Below are positions 29,112 to 38,411 of a stretch of DNA of 64,000 bases, one piece after another. Positions within the stretch are counted from its first letter, which is position 1; every line of letters begins with the position of its first letter. The notes under the pieces were generated by a model. The model had not been told where the DNA came from. It did no database searches and worked only from the letters and a program-made list of their open reading frames with translations. The position numbers and the translations under genes are program-made. This DNA comes from a virus. Lineage: Duplodnaviria; Caudoviricetes. The stretch is taken from positions 1 to 64,000 of IMG/VR virus record IMGVR_UViG_2767802080_000001. One strand, given 5' to 3'.

Positions 29112-29396
29112 TCAGCTCGCCTTGGGCGCAGGCTTCCTTGGCTTCCGGGGCGCGTTCTTCCCGACCGTCGGCTTCCTCTTCAGCGGGACGTCGTGCGCCC
29201 GGGCGATCTGGCGCAGGGTCTCGTCGGTCCACGGCACGTGCCGTGCCATGACGGTCACGCTGACGTCTGGATTGGCCTTGAGGTCGGCGGCGACGGCGGC
29301 GTGCGCCTTCGCGCGGCACTCATCCACCAGCGCCTGCGCCTTTTTGAGGTCGGCCAGTGCGTCCGTCAGGTCCTGGCTCGGCGTGTAGTCGGTCAT
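29112..29396 (-). CDS. Small basic HTH-like protein, candidate regulator of the TTGGCCAA promoters
   Basis: SVTVMARHVPWTDETLRQIAR HTH-like, Lys-rich tail; its own upstream region carries the box. Confidence 0.7.
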   Translation of the reverse strand: MTDYTPSQDLTDALADLKKAQALVDECRAKAHAAVAADLKANPDVSVTVMARHVPWTDETLRQIARAHDVPLKRKPTVGKNAPRKPRKPAPKAS

Positions 29397-29467
29397 GCCC
29401 GCAGTCTTACACAAGTGGACTTGGCCAAGGAAGCCTGCGCAGTGCGCGCCCGGGCGTGCCGCATCCA

Positions 29468-29520
29468 TGAGGCAACACGGTTTGGCCAACTTGACTTGGC
29501 CAAGCCGTGTTGGTTAATGT
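29468..29520 (+). promoter_or_regulatory. Promoter/operator array 1
   Basis: TTGACT (29491)-18 nt-TAATGT (29515); TTGGCCAA boxes at 14-bp period. Confidence 0.8.
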
Positions 29521-29568
29521 CTCTGTGTCAGCCGGGCACCAGCCCGGCAAGGGCCACAGGAGGCACGC

Positions 29569-30795
29569 ATGACGCAGTCCCCCGCCACGACCGAGCAGTC
29601 GCAGCCGCCGGTCATTCGTGTCGCGGTCCGCGCGTACAGGAAGCCCCACAGCGGGATCACGGAACTCCGGGCCCTGATTCACGTCGCCTGCGAATGCCGC
29701 GTCGCGGCCACTCTCGTAGGGGCGCACGACACCATCGCCGCCGCCAAGGAGCAGGCGAAGGCCAAGGCTCACGGATACAACTTCTGCAGCAAGTCCCTGG
29801 CGGCCAGCGACGCCGACCTGAAGCGGCTCGGGCTCGCCAGGGAAGAGCCTGCCGCCGCCGCCGAGTCCCCCCTTCCGGATGGGCCGGAGTGGCGCACCCT
29901 GAAGGGCGTGGCCACCCCCTTCAGGCTGTACGGGGAGGAGGGTGAGGGAGGCGCCTTCCGTCCGGCGGGCGACCGTAAGCAGGTGACCGGGCGGCCGCTC
30001 ACCATCACCCGCCTGGAGATGCGCGGCAGCGTCCGCTACGGCACGGACGAGAACGGCCGGGAGGTGTATCTCTGGGGCGCTGCCGCCAAGTTCTGGGTCC
30101 TGCCCGGCGCCCCGGCGGCCGCGCCTGCCGCGACGGCCACGCAGGAACCTGCGGCCGGAGCCGGTCGCCCCCTGGAGGGCGTCGTCGTCACCCATGACGG
30201 CACCGCTCAGGGCTGCGCACCACGGAACGCCGACCATCCCGACGTCGTTGCCGCCCGCCAGGCCCTCGACGGCCTCGCTGTCGCCACCCTCACCGACCGT
30301 CACGACCTCGTGGAGCCCGAGGAGGGCGAGCGCCACGTACGCGGCTACGTCGTCGATCCGCGCACGGCCGGGCGCGTGGCCGTGTACTGGCTGGAAGGGG
30401 GCCGGGCCGTGCGATACAGCGAGCCCCTCAGCGGCGTCGCCCTCGACTGCCTGGCGGACCGGCTCCGCTCCCGGGGATGGGTGACGGAGACGATGCTGCG
30501 CTCCTCTCTGTGCGTGTTCGCCCATCGGCCTGAAGAGCAGATGCCTACCTCGGCTCAGGCGCGGGCCCGGCGGGCCGTTCTGCACGTGCACCCGAATGCG
30601 CACTCCCTCCAGTCCTTCCACTGGCCCGACGGCGTGCGTGCCGGATGGACCTTCCGCGTCAACCGCGGCGCTACGGCACGGTACGGAGTCGTCACCGCCG
30701 ACGCCGGTATCGCCCCTGTCGGCCTTCACGAGTACGCCACCACTGCCGAGCGCGCCTTCTGGCAGTCCGTGCGCAGGGCCGACGGCACGGCGTAG
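29569..30795 (+). CDS. Multidomain hypothetical protein
   Basis: RBS AGGAGG; first gene after promoter 1. Confidence 0.75.
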   Translation: MTQSPATTEQSQPPVIRVAVRAYRKPHSGITELRALIHVACECRVAATLVGAHDTIAAAKEQAKAKAHGYNFCSKSLAASDADLKRLGLAREEPAAAAESPLPDGPEWRTLKGVATPFRLYGEEGEGGAFRPAGDRKQVTGRPLTITRLEMRGSVRYGTDENGREVYLWGAAAKFWVLPGAPAAAPAATATQEPAAGAGRPLEGVVVTHDGTAQGCAPRNADHPDVVAARQALDGLAVATLTDRHDLVEPEEGERHVRGYVVDPRTAGRVAVYWLEGGRAVRYSEPLSGVALDCLADRLRSRGWVTETMLRSSLCVFAHRPEEQMPTSAQARARRAVLHVHPNAHSLQSFHWPDGVRAGWTFRVNRGATARYGVVTADAGIAPVGLHEYATTAERAFWQSVRRADGTA

Positions 30796-30885
30796 CGGCC
30801 GCCCTCGCTGGCGCCCCGTCCCCGGGTGTGGGGGCGGGGCGCTTCGTCGTTCTGCCCCTCATCTGCGGTCCCTGCCGCGACACGC

Positions 30886-30938
30886 TAGACCAAATCTGCT
30901 TGGCCAAGTTGACTTGGCCAAGTTGAGTTGGTTAACGT
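30886..30938 (+). promoter_or_regulatory. Promoter/operator array 2
   Basis: TTGACT (30909)-18 nt-TAACGT (30933); TTGGCCAA at 30900 and 30914. Confidence 0.8.
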
Positions 30939-30990
30939 GTGGGGTGTCAGGACGGGCGAGGGCCCGTCACTACGACGGAGGGACAGTGCG

Positions 30991-31758
30991 ATGACCGGCA
31001 CCATCAAGTCCGCCCGCCTCATGGCTCAGCTCGCCGAGGCCGAGGAGACGGCGGCCGCCGCCCGCCGCGAGGAGTCCCGCACCGCCCGCCAGGCCGAGCG
31101 CGCCGCCGCCCGCACCAAGGCGGCCCGCGCCCGCCTCACGGAGGCCCGCAAGGCGCTGCGCGCCGCCGAGCGCGCCGGGCGCCGCGTGGCAGCCGCCCGC
31201 CGCACCGTCGCCGCCCGCGAGGCCAAGCTGGCCGACCTCGCCGCCACCGCCCGCGCCCTGAAGGGCGAGGCCACCACCGCCCGCCGCGAGACCCGCCGCG
31301 CCGAGCGCCGACTCACCCGCCTGGGCCTGCGCACCGCCGTCGCCGCCTCCCGCACCGTCGAGAAGATCTCCCGCCGCCTCGGCGAGACGTCCCTCACCCC
31401 GGCCCCGGAGGCCGACCGCGTCCTGGACGCCGACGAGCTCCCCGCCGTCGAAGAGATCGAGGCCCACGCCCTGCGCCACGCCGACATGGACCGGCAGGCC
31501 AAGGACTTCGCGAAGGCCGCCGACGCCGAGAAGACGTGGCTGCGCACCCTCCCCTCCGGCATCTACGGCCGCGTGATCATCACCCGCACCCCCGGCCGGT
31601 CGGTGCTCGACAACACCCAGGTCGCCCTGGACTACGCGGCCCGCGGCCTCGCCGCCCCGCGCAAGTCCACCCGCACCACGTTCAAGGCCGACGCCACCCA
31701 GCTGGTCGCCGACTTCAACAACGGCCGCGCCGACTTCCCCCGCACCCTCGCCGCCTGA
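30991..31758 (+). CDS. Ala/Arg-rich coiled-coil protein
   Basis: RBS GGAGGG; extreme GC3 bias. Confidence 0.8.
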   Translation: MTGTIKSARLMAQLAEAEETAAAARREESRTARQAERAAARTKAARARLTEARKALRAAERAGRRVAAARRTVAAREAKLADLAATARALKGEATTARRETRRAERRLTRLGLRTAVAASRTVEKISRRLGETSLTPAPEADRVLDADELPAVEEIEAHALRHADMDRQAKDFAKAADAEKTWLRTLPSGIYGRVIITRTPGRSVLDNTQVALDYAARGLAAPRKSTRTTFKADATQLVADFNNGRADFPRTLAA

Positions 31759-31816
31759 CCCCTCGCCAGCCCGGCCGGGCGCAGCAGGCGCCCGGCCCCG
31801 CCCCTCCGGAGAAGCC

Positions 31817-32065
31817 GTGTTCCGCATGCTCCTCATCCGCCCCGGACAGTCCCCGGAGCCCCGCCAGGGCGAGACCTGCGCAGACGTCCGCACCGCCCTG
31901 TGGGACCTGCTCGACTCGCAGGACGTGCAGATCACCGACACGGACACAGGCCGCCTCGTCGCCCTCGTCGTGGCCGCCTGCTCACAGGCCGAGAGGGACG
32001 GCTTCGCCGCCCTCCAACTGGACGGCGGGGCCGCGCTCACGCTGCGCACCACCGCGACCCTCTGA
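31817..32065 (+). CDS. Small hypothetical protein (tandem paralogue A)
   Basis: MFRMLLIRPGQ...GET.ADV. Confidence 0.75.
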   Translation: MFRMLLIRPGQSPEPRQGETCADVRTALWDLLDSQDVQITDTDTGRLVALVVAACSQAERDGFAALQLDGGAALTLRTTATL

Positions 32066-32108
32066 CCCGCCGGTTCCCGCCCGCACCGCCACGACCACGG
32101 AGCCCGCC

Positions 32109-32339
32109 ATGTACCGCATGATCCTCATCCGCCCCGGACAGCCCATGCAGTGCCGCACCGGCGAGACCCCCGCCGACGTCCAGCGTGCCTACGTGGACCT
32201 CCTCACCTCGCAGGGCATCGGCGTCATCGGCGCCCACACGGTCCGCCTCAAGGCCCTCATGGCCGACTCCCGCGCCCGCGGCTCGGCCGCCCTGAAGTTC
32301 GGCGGCGGCATCTCCCTCGTCCTGCACACCGAACGCTGA
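32109..32339 (+). CDS. Small hypothetical protein (tandem paralogue B)
   Basis: MYRMILIRPGQ...GET.ADV. Confidence 0.75.
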   Translation: MYRMILIRPGQPMQCRTGETPADVQRAYVDLLTSQGIGVIGAHTVRLKALMADSRARGSAALKFGGGISLVLHTER

Positions 32340-32380
32340 CTCGCCCCACCCGGCCCCAACATCAAGAAACGGAGCACCTC

Positions 32381-33079
32381 ATGAGCAAGTACATCGCCAC
32401 CCCCCACGTCGCCACCGCGCTGAAGGACCGGCTCACCCGGGAGTTCCCCGGCGTCCGCTTCCGGGTCACCACCGCCACAGGGGGCAACTCCGTCATCCGC
32501 GTCAACTACGAAGACGGCCCCGCTGCCAGCGCCGTCCGCCGGATCACCAGCGAGTACGAGGGCTTGTGCTGGAACGGCGTCCAGCACGAGGCCACCGGCA
32601 GCACCCTCACGGTCACCCTCGACCATGAGGAGGTCACGGGCGAACCCCTCTGTGCCGGAGTCGACATCCAGCGCTTCATCTCACTGAGCGCCATCCAGGA
32701 GGCCCGACACCTCTGGACGGAGGCGACCGGCGAGGACTACGACGAGGCCGGGTTCACCGACCCCCTCGCCATCAAGGGGCGGGACGTTCCGGCTGGATAC
32801 CCCACGCGGCAGATCGCCTTCATCGCACGCGAGATCGTCCTCGTCGACCGCTGGCAGACCTCCCTGCGAGCACGCCGGGAGGACGCTAAGGCCGCCGACT
32901 CCCCCCAGCCCCCTGCCGCTGACAAGGACCTCGTGCCTGCCGAGCAGGGCGCGCCGCAGGCGTACCGCGGGGTCCCCGTCCCCGAGCACCTGGCCGCTGC
33001 GTGGGACACCGCCAGCGCCTCCATCTGGCGCGACGGCGTCGACGCCGCCCTCACCTATGCCGCCCTCGCCAAGTCCTGA
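32381..33079 (+). CDS. LPD29 (large polyvalent protein-associated domain) protein
   Basis: VA..LK..L..EFPGVRFRV.....SVIRV.Y.DGP....V..IT..YEG pattern. Confidence 0.75.
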   Translation: MSKYIATPHVATALKDRLTREFPGVRFRVTTATGGNSVIRVNYEDGPAASAVRRITSEYEGLCWNGVQHEATGSTLTVTLDHEEVTGEPLCAGVDIQRFISLSAIQEARHLWTEATGEDYDEAGFTDPLAIKGRDVPAGYPTRQIAFIAREIVLVDRWQTSLRARREDAKAADSPQPPAADKDLVPAEQGAPQAYRGVPVPEHLAAAWDTASASIWRDGVDAALTYAALAKS

Positions 33080-33140
33080 TACCTGCCTCTGCCGGGCGCC
33101 CTGCACGGCGCCCGGCCCCGCACCCGCCACTGGAGCCACC

Positions 33141-33509
33141 GTGCCTCTCCTCCCGCACAGCATCCCCGCCGCCGCCCGGGCCGCCCTCGTCGCCGCACTG
33201 GCCGCCTCCGGCCTGGAGCTGGACCCGCTGAAGCCGGGTGTGCGCATCACGCACACCGTCACCTCCCGCGACGTCACCTGGAGGCTGACCTACCTCGGCT
33301 CCATGGTGTGGGGCCTGACGGGCCCGAACGTCGAGCACGGCCTCGGCGTCTTCGCGGACGAGGCAGCCGCCCACATCGCGGCCTACGGCGCCCGCGACCT
33401 CACGTACCGGGGTGTCCCCGTACCGCCGGACATCGCCGACGCCTGGCAGGCCTACCCCGCAGAGGCCTGGCGCGGCGACGTCAACGCCACCCTGACCGAC
33501 CCGTCCTGA
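33141..33509 (+). CDS. Hypothetical protein sharing a YRGVPVP C-terminal motif with the upstream gene
   Basis: RBS GGAG; shared motif. Confidence 0.7.
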   Translation: MPLLPHSIPAAARAALVAALAASGLELDPLKPGVRITHTVTSRDVTWRLTYLGSMVWGLTGPNVEHGLGVFADEAAAHIAAYGARDLTYRGVPVPPDIADAWQAYPAEAWRGDVNATLTDPS

Positions 33510-33575
33510 CGCCCTGTCACACCCTCTCGGCCGGGCGCCCGCGCGACGCCCGGCCCGCACTCCAGGAGGACCCCT

Positions 33576-33764
33576 ATGCCGGCATACGCCATCTATGGCA
33601 TCTGCGCCCGCCGCGTCGAGGACGGGCAGCCGGGCGAGCTCCTCGCCTGCGCCTCGACCGACGACTTCGCCGAGCTCCAGGACCACCTCGCCGAGTTCGC
33701 CAGCGTGTACGCGGACCGCGACGACGTGATGCTCGACATCGACACGACGCTACCTGCCCCGTAG
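33576..33764 (+). CDS. Small acidic protein
   Basis: RBS AGGAGG; Asp/Glu rich. Confidence 0.7.
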   Translation: MPAYAIYGICARRVEDGQPGELLACASTDDFAELQDHLAEFASVYADRDDVMLDIDTTLPAP

Positions 33765-33782
33765 TTGTTGACCTGCAGAAAA

Positions 33783-33835
33783 GTGGCCAAGTGAGCTTGG
33801 CCAACTTGACTTGGCCAAGCTCACTTGGGTAACGT
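33783..33835 (+). promoter_or_regulatory. Promoter/operator array 3
   Basis: TTGACT (33806)-18 nt-TAACGT (33830); boxes at 33783, 33797, 33811 and 33825. Confidence 0.8.
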
Positions 33836-33884
33836 ACGAGGTGTTGGAAGGCACCACGCCCTCTCGGCCACGAAGGAGCACGTC

Positions 33885-34637
33885 ATGCGTACCTACGCCA
33901 CCGCCCAGATGATCGGCACCCGCAGCCACCAGTGCGACGCCACTGCCGTCCGCACCGGCGCCGACGGCGCCCGCGCCTATGTCCTCCTGGACGGCATCGG
34001 CTCCGACGACGACGTCCGCGACTGGACGCGCGCCGCAGCCCGCCACCTCGCCACGTGGGCCGCTCGCCGTGGTGACGCGGAGCAGGGTCTGCGCGCCCTC
34101 TACGCCGTGTACGCCAACGACCCGCGCCGCAACGAGCTGTTCATGTACCTGCCGTGCGCGGCCGCTGTGGTCGCCGTCGCCGCCCCCGGGAAGCCGCTCA
34201 AGGTCGCCTGGTGCGGCGACTCCCGCGCCTACCTCCTGCACGGCGGCATCGCCCGCCGCCTCACCGAGGACCACAACCTCCGCCGCGTCTACCCGCCCAC
34301 CGCGACCCGCCCGGAAGGCGGCAACCGCAACAGGATCACCAGCTACCTGGGAAGCCACCGGTCAGACGAGAACGTGAAGGCCCGGTACGGGCACCCGGCC
34401 ATCGAGGCCGCCAGCGTCCCCCTCAACGGGCCGTGCCGCCTTCTCCTCGCCTCCGACGGCGCGTACGAGCCTCACGCGGACGCCGGAAACGACATCTACG
34501 CCGAGGCCGACGAGGACAAGCCCACGACCGCCGCGCGCGGCTTCGTCGCCACCGCCGTGGACGCCGCCCTGAAGGCCGAGCCCCAGTACCCCCACGCGGA
34601 CAACGCCACCGTGCTGGTCGCCGACCTGACCCCCTGA
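33885..34637 (+). CDS. PP2C-family Ser/Thr phosphatase
   Basis: QCDA, LLDGIG, AWCGDSRAY, LTEDH, LLLASDG, DNATVLV. Confidence 0.88.
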   Translation: MRTYATAQMIGTRSHQCDATAVRTGADGARAYVLLDGIGSDDDVRDWTRAAARHLATWAARRGDAEQGLRALYAVYANDPRRNELFMYLPCAAAVVAVAAPGKPLKVAWCGDSRAYLLHGGIARRLTEDHNLRRVYPPTATRPEGGNRNRITSYLGSHRSDENVKARYGHPAIEAASVPLNGPCRLLLASDGAYEPHADAGNDIYAEADEDKPTTAARGFVATAVDAALKAEPQYPHADNATVLVADLTP

Positions 34638-34723
34638 CCTGTCCGGGGCCTGCCCGGACACCCCGTCCGGACAGGCCCCGGATACCGCCCGGACCTCGAT
34701 CAACCCGAAGAAAGGCGCCCTGC

Positions 34724-35653
34724 ATGTCCGAGATCAGCATCACGCACACGCCCGCAGATGGCACCCTCGCCGACGGCACCGAGAAGGACGACGGCTCGGC
34801 CCCGATCCTCCACCGGGCGGGCTTCCGCTGGGGCCGGTCCATCGGCTGCTGGTACATCCGCAACAGCCGCGACCGGGCGCCGCGCCTCGTCGCCATCGAG
34901 AGCGCCGCCGAGGAGCTGCGCGCCGACGGCCACACCGTCACGGTCGAGATCAGCGGCGAGGTACGCGACAACGCCGTGGTGAACGCCGACCAGCACGAGC
35001 GCCTGGAGGACCGCCGCAGGGCGCTTGCCGCGAAGGGCAAGAAGCTGGCCGCCCAGTCCGACGCCCTGCACCGCGCCAGCGACGCCATGGTCGAGCACCT
35101 CCCCTTGGGGCAGCCCGTCGCCCCCGGCCGCCGAGGCCAGGCGCACAGGCGCCTGCTGGAGCGGTCCGTGGACACCGCAATCCGCGGCGCGCGGGTCGCA
35201 GACGAAGCGGCGCGTATGCCGGCACGCATCGCCGGATCGCGCCGCGCCGAGGCCTACAAGGAGCGGCCCGACGTCACCGCCCGCCGCGTCGAGCGCCTGG
35301 AGGCGGAACTGCGTTCCCTCGACCGGCGCATGGCCTCCCTGAAGCTGTACCCCCAGACCCGGTCAGGGGCCCTGCTGCGCCAGTACGAGGGAGAGCGCGC
35401 CGTCCTGGTGGAGCGCATCGCCGGTGACCGCGCCGTCTTGGAGCAGGCCAGGGCAGCAGGAACGTTCGGCCGCTACTCCAAGAGCAACGTCCACGCGGGC
35501 GACAGTGCGCTCATCCGGGGCACGTGGCGGTCCGTCATCCGTGCCAGCGCCAAGAGCGTGAGCGTCACGACCGGCTACTCCTGGTCCGACCGCTACGGCT
35601 ACGAGGAGATCCGAGACGTCCGCTGCCTGTGCGAGGACGGCGCGCAGGACTGA
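34724..35653 (+). CDS. DUF3560-like protein
   Basis: GFRW...WY..SRDR, LPLGQP, RRVERLEAELR, C-terminal W..V.R..AKSV.V. Confidence 0.75.
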   Translation: MSEISITHTPADGTLADGTEKDDGSAPILHRAGFRWGRSIGCWYIRNSRDRAPRLVAIESAAEELRADGHTVTVEISGEVRDNAVVNADQHERLEDRRRALAAKGKKLAAQSDALHRASDAMVEHLPLGQPVAPGRRGQAHRRLLERSVDTAIRGARVADEAARMPARIAGSRRAEAYKERPDVTARRVERLEAELRSLDRRMASLKLYPQTRSGALLRQYEGERAVLVERIAGDRAVLEQARAAGTFGRYSKSNVHAGDSALIRGTWRSVIRASAKSVSVTTGYSWSDRYGYEEIRDVRCLCEDGAQD

Positions 35654-35768
35654 CCCATACCCCCCGGGGGCGGACTGTGTCCGGACAGGAGGTCCGGACG
35701 TGTCCGGACGCGGTCCGCCCCGGGGCCTCAGCAGCACCCCACTCCACCCGCAGAGATGAGGCACGCAC

Positions 35769-36116
35769 ATGAAGACGTCAGAGCTCCGCATCGGCCAGCG
35801 CCTGGTGATCGTCGACGGCCCGTACACCGGCGCAACCGGCCGGTTCCAGCGCATGCAGCGCCACAACGTGGAGGAGGCGCCGCCGGTGGTCATCATGCAG
35901 GGCGAGGCCGGGCCCGGCTTCCACGTGGGCGTGACCTGCGTCGAGCCGGTCCCCGAGCACGCCCACCCCCTCCACGTCGTGCCCCTGCCGCGCACGAACG
36001 GCGTGACGTGGGGGCTGCACTGCCCCCACCACGCCCCGGCCTGGATCCGCGCCACGAAATACGACAGGGCCACGGCGCTGCGGGCCTCGGCTGGCCTGGT
36101 GTGCCTGCATCGCTGA
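35769..36116 (+). CDS. KOW/SH3-like hypothetical protein
   Basis: IGQRLVIVDGPYTGATG. Confidence 0.65.
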   Translation: MKTSELRIGQRLVIVDGPYTGATGRFQRMQRHNVEEAPPVVIMQGEAGPGFHVGVTCVEPVPEHAHPLHVVPLPRTNGVTWGLHCPHHAPAWIRATKYDRATALRASAGLVCLHR

Positions 36117-36258
36117 CGGGCGCGCAGCAGCGGGGCGGCATCCTGCCAGAGAGCTCTGGAGCCGCCCCGCTCCTGCGCCCAGGTCAAGTTCTGACCGAAC
36201 CATGACAAAACCGGTCGAACCGTTCACGCCGGGTAGCCGCTGGGCCAGAATCGCGGGC

Positions 36259-36531
36259 ATGACCTACACCCCGGACAATCCGGTCCCTCGCGGCGTGCAC
36301 GAAGTCCTGAGCGCCGACGGGCGGCACTGGTCGCGCCTCGGCCCGCGCTGGTACTCCGGCATGGACTACACCTGGCCCGGCGACTTGGAAGCCCAGCTCG
36401 CACCCCTCGCGCAGGCCCCCGCCCCCGAGCCCGAGGAGGGGCCGCCCGGAGGGAGCCGCGCCAAGTGCCTCGGCGCGACGCTCTGCCCCAAGTGCACCCG
36501 CGACGCCCAGGTCATCCGCGAAGGGCTGTAG
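36259..36531 (+). CDS. Hypothetical protein
   Basis: ORF ending in CxxC; start uncertain (36202 alternative). Confidence 0.5.
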   Translation: MTYTPDNPVPRGVHEVLSADGRHWSRLGPRWYSGMDYTWPGDLEAQLAPLAQAPAPEPEEGPPGGSRAKCLGATLCPKCTRDAQVIREGL

Positions 36532-36540
36532 CCACCTGCA

Positions 36541-36585
36541 CGACGCCGCCCCGCCCGGGCTGTAGTCCTGGGCGGGGCGACGTCG
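36541..36585. terminator. Bidirectional terminator-like hairpin
   Basis: CGACGCCGCCCCGCCCGGG / CCTGGGCGGGGCGACGTCG between convergent genes. Confidence 0.65.
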
Positions 36586-36604
36586 TGCAGCCAGCAGGCG
36601 GCCG

Positions 36605-37387
36605 TCACCCGCTGCTGAGGGCGTGCTCGTAGCAGGGCGGGCAGAACGGGCGCAGCTTGCGCTCAGGCCTGCCCGACGGCGAGTTGACCACCGTGGCGTC
36701 CACGAGCAGCGCCTCATCAGCTGCGCCCTGACACCCCTCCGGCTCCCGGGGATGGACGGAGGCGCACAGGCACTGGCAGGAGCGCTCTTCGTCCGTCTCC
36801 GGCAGCGGCTCGTCATAGCTGACCTGGGGCGGGCGCGGGGACCTGCGCGCCGACCAGCCGCCGTTGCAGAGGGCGTGGAGGCTCTCGCCGTGCAGCGCGG
36901 CCCAGCGGGCAGCCGTCTGGCGGCTGAGCGGCCGCTGACCGTCTCGTGAGAAGAGCGGGCCGCTGCTCCGGCCGTCGAGGGCGGTACGGACGAGGGCTGC
37001 GGACTGGTCGCTGAGGGGGATGCGTCGCTCGTCCACGGCGGCGTGCTCCTCAGGGTCGACGTCGCGGGCGTCGAGGGCCAGGGCCTCGCCAACCCGCGCC
37101 TGACCCTCCCACAGCATGGCCCACAGGGCCCGGTGTTCGACCGGCACCGTCTCGTCGTCGAGCAGCTGCCGGTAGCGCGCGGGCGCCATGGGCGCGGTCC
37201 GCATGTCGGAGCGGTAGCCCCGGCTGGGCTGTGCGGCGCGGGCGGCGTCCGCCTCCGCCCGCTTGTACTGCTTGGCCCCGGTCTCCTGGTCCCGGCCGGG
37301 GGAGTCCAGTGAGCTGAGGATGCGGCGGGCGTAGGCGTAGCTGACGCCCCATCGGTCGGCGCACTCGCGTGCCGTGGTGAGTTCCAT
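36605..37387 (-). CDS. HTH fused to a degenerate tyrosine-recombinase catalytic fold and a Cys-rich tail
   Basis: TARECADRWGVS HTH; RALW.ML.....RVGEALALD..DVD box I; HALC replaces HxxR. Confidence 0.7.
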   Translation of the reverse strand: MELTTARECADRWGVSYAYARRILSSLDSPGRDQETGAKQYKRAEADAARAAQPSRGYRSDMRTAPMAPARYRQLLDDETVPVEHRALWAMLWEGQARVGEALALDARDVDPEEHAAVDERRIPLSDQSAALVRTALDGRSSGPLFSRDGQRPLSRQTAARWAALHGESLHALCNGGWSARRSPRPPQVSYDEPLPETDEERSCQCLCASVHPREPEGCQGAADEALLVDATVVNSPSGRPERKLRPFCPPCYEHALSSG

Positions 37388-37592
37388 GCCTACAGACTTA
37401 TGCACAGGGTGTGCGTAAGACAAGGGTGTGTGCCCCGTGCACCGAAGTGCGCCTCAAGTCCGCGCGCCCCCACGGGAGTTCGCCGCACGCCTTGGTGCGC
37501 GCGTGCACCGGCAAGGCTGCCCGGCGAAGCAGGGCAAACCGGGGCTTATCATTCTGCGCCCCCCTACCGCCGCCTTGAGGGGATCCCCACCC

Positions 37593-38411
37593 ATGTCCAC
37601 TGCCACGTACCTACGCACAGCAGACGTCCCCCTCGCCCGCCTGCGCCCCTTCCCGGGCAACGCCAAGCGGGGGAACGTCCCCACCATCCTCGAAAGCCTC
37701 TGCCGCACCGGCCAGTACCGGTCCCTCGTCGTCCGCCAGGGCGACGGCGACGAACTCACCACCCTCGCGGGCAACCACACCGCACAGGCCATCGCAGCCC
37801 ACGGTCCCGGCGACTGCGGACTCAACGTCACCGTCGACGGCGAGCAACGCCCCTGCGGCCTCTGCCTGAACGCACCGTGGGAGCCCGTCGCCCGCTGCGA
37901 GATCGTCACCTGCGACGACGCCACCGCCAAGCGCATCAACCTCGTGGACAACCGGGCCGCCGACCAAGGCGACTACGACGAGCGCGCCCTGGCAGCCCTC
38001 ATTGCCGGCATGGACGGCGACCTCGCAGGCACCGGCTACAGCGACGCCGACCTCCAGGACCTCCTCGCGCCCGTCGACCTCGACGCCGACGTGGACGCCT
38101 ACGAGCCGCCCGCCCGCCCCGCGGCCGCCACGCGCCCGCCCGCGGACCTGCCACCCGGGCCCGCGCCCGGCGAACCCGCCCCGCCCGCCCCGGACGGGCA
38201 CGCCACCGTGCTCCTCACGTACACCACCGCCGAGCACGACGAGGTCGCCGCCCACATGGCGGCCGCCCGCAACGCCCTGCCGACGGCGGGCACCCCGGTC
38301 GTCGTCCTCCACGCCCTGCGCACCCTCACCGCCACCCTGAACGCCCGCGACGCCGCACGGGACAACCTCGCCGTCGACGAACTCCTGGCCGTCGCGGGAG
38401 TCGCCGCGTGA
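37593..38411 (+). CDS. ParB/Srx-like N-terminal domain protein A
   Basis: VPLARLRPFPGNAKRG..I.ESL..GQYR.LVV..LAGNHT..A.RINLVDNR. Confidence 0.8.
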   Translation: MSTATYLRTADVPLARLRPFPGNAKRGNVPTILESLCRTGQYRSLVVRQGDGDELTTLAGNHTAQAIAAHGPGDCGLNVTVDGEQRPCGLCLNAPWEPVARCEIVTCDDATAKRINLVDNRAADQGDYDERALAALIAGMDGDLAGTGYSDADLQDLLAPVDLDADVDAYEPPARPAAATRPPADLPPGPAPGEPAPPAPDGHATVLLTYTTAEHDEVAAHMAAARNALPTAGTPVVVLHALRTLTATLNARDAARDNLAVDELLAVAGVAA

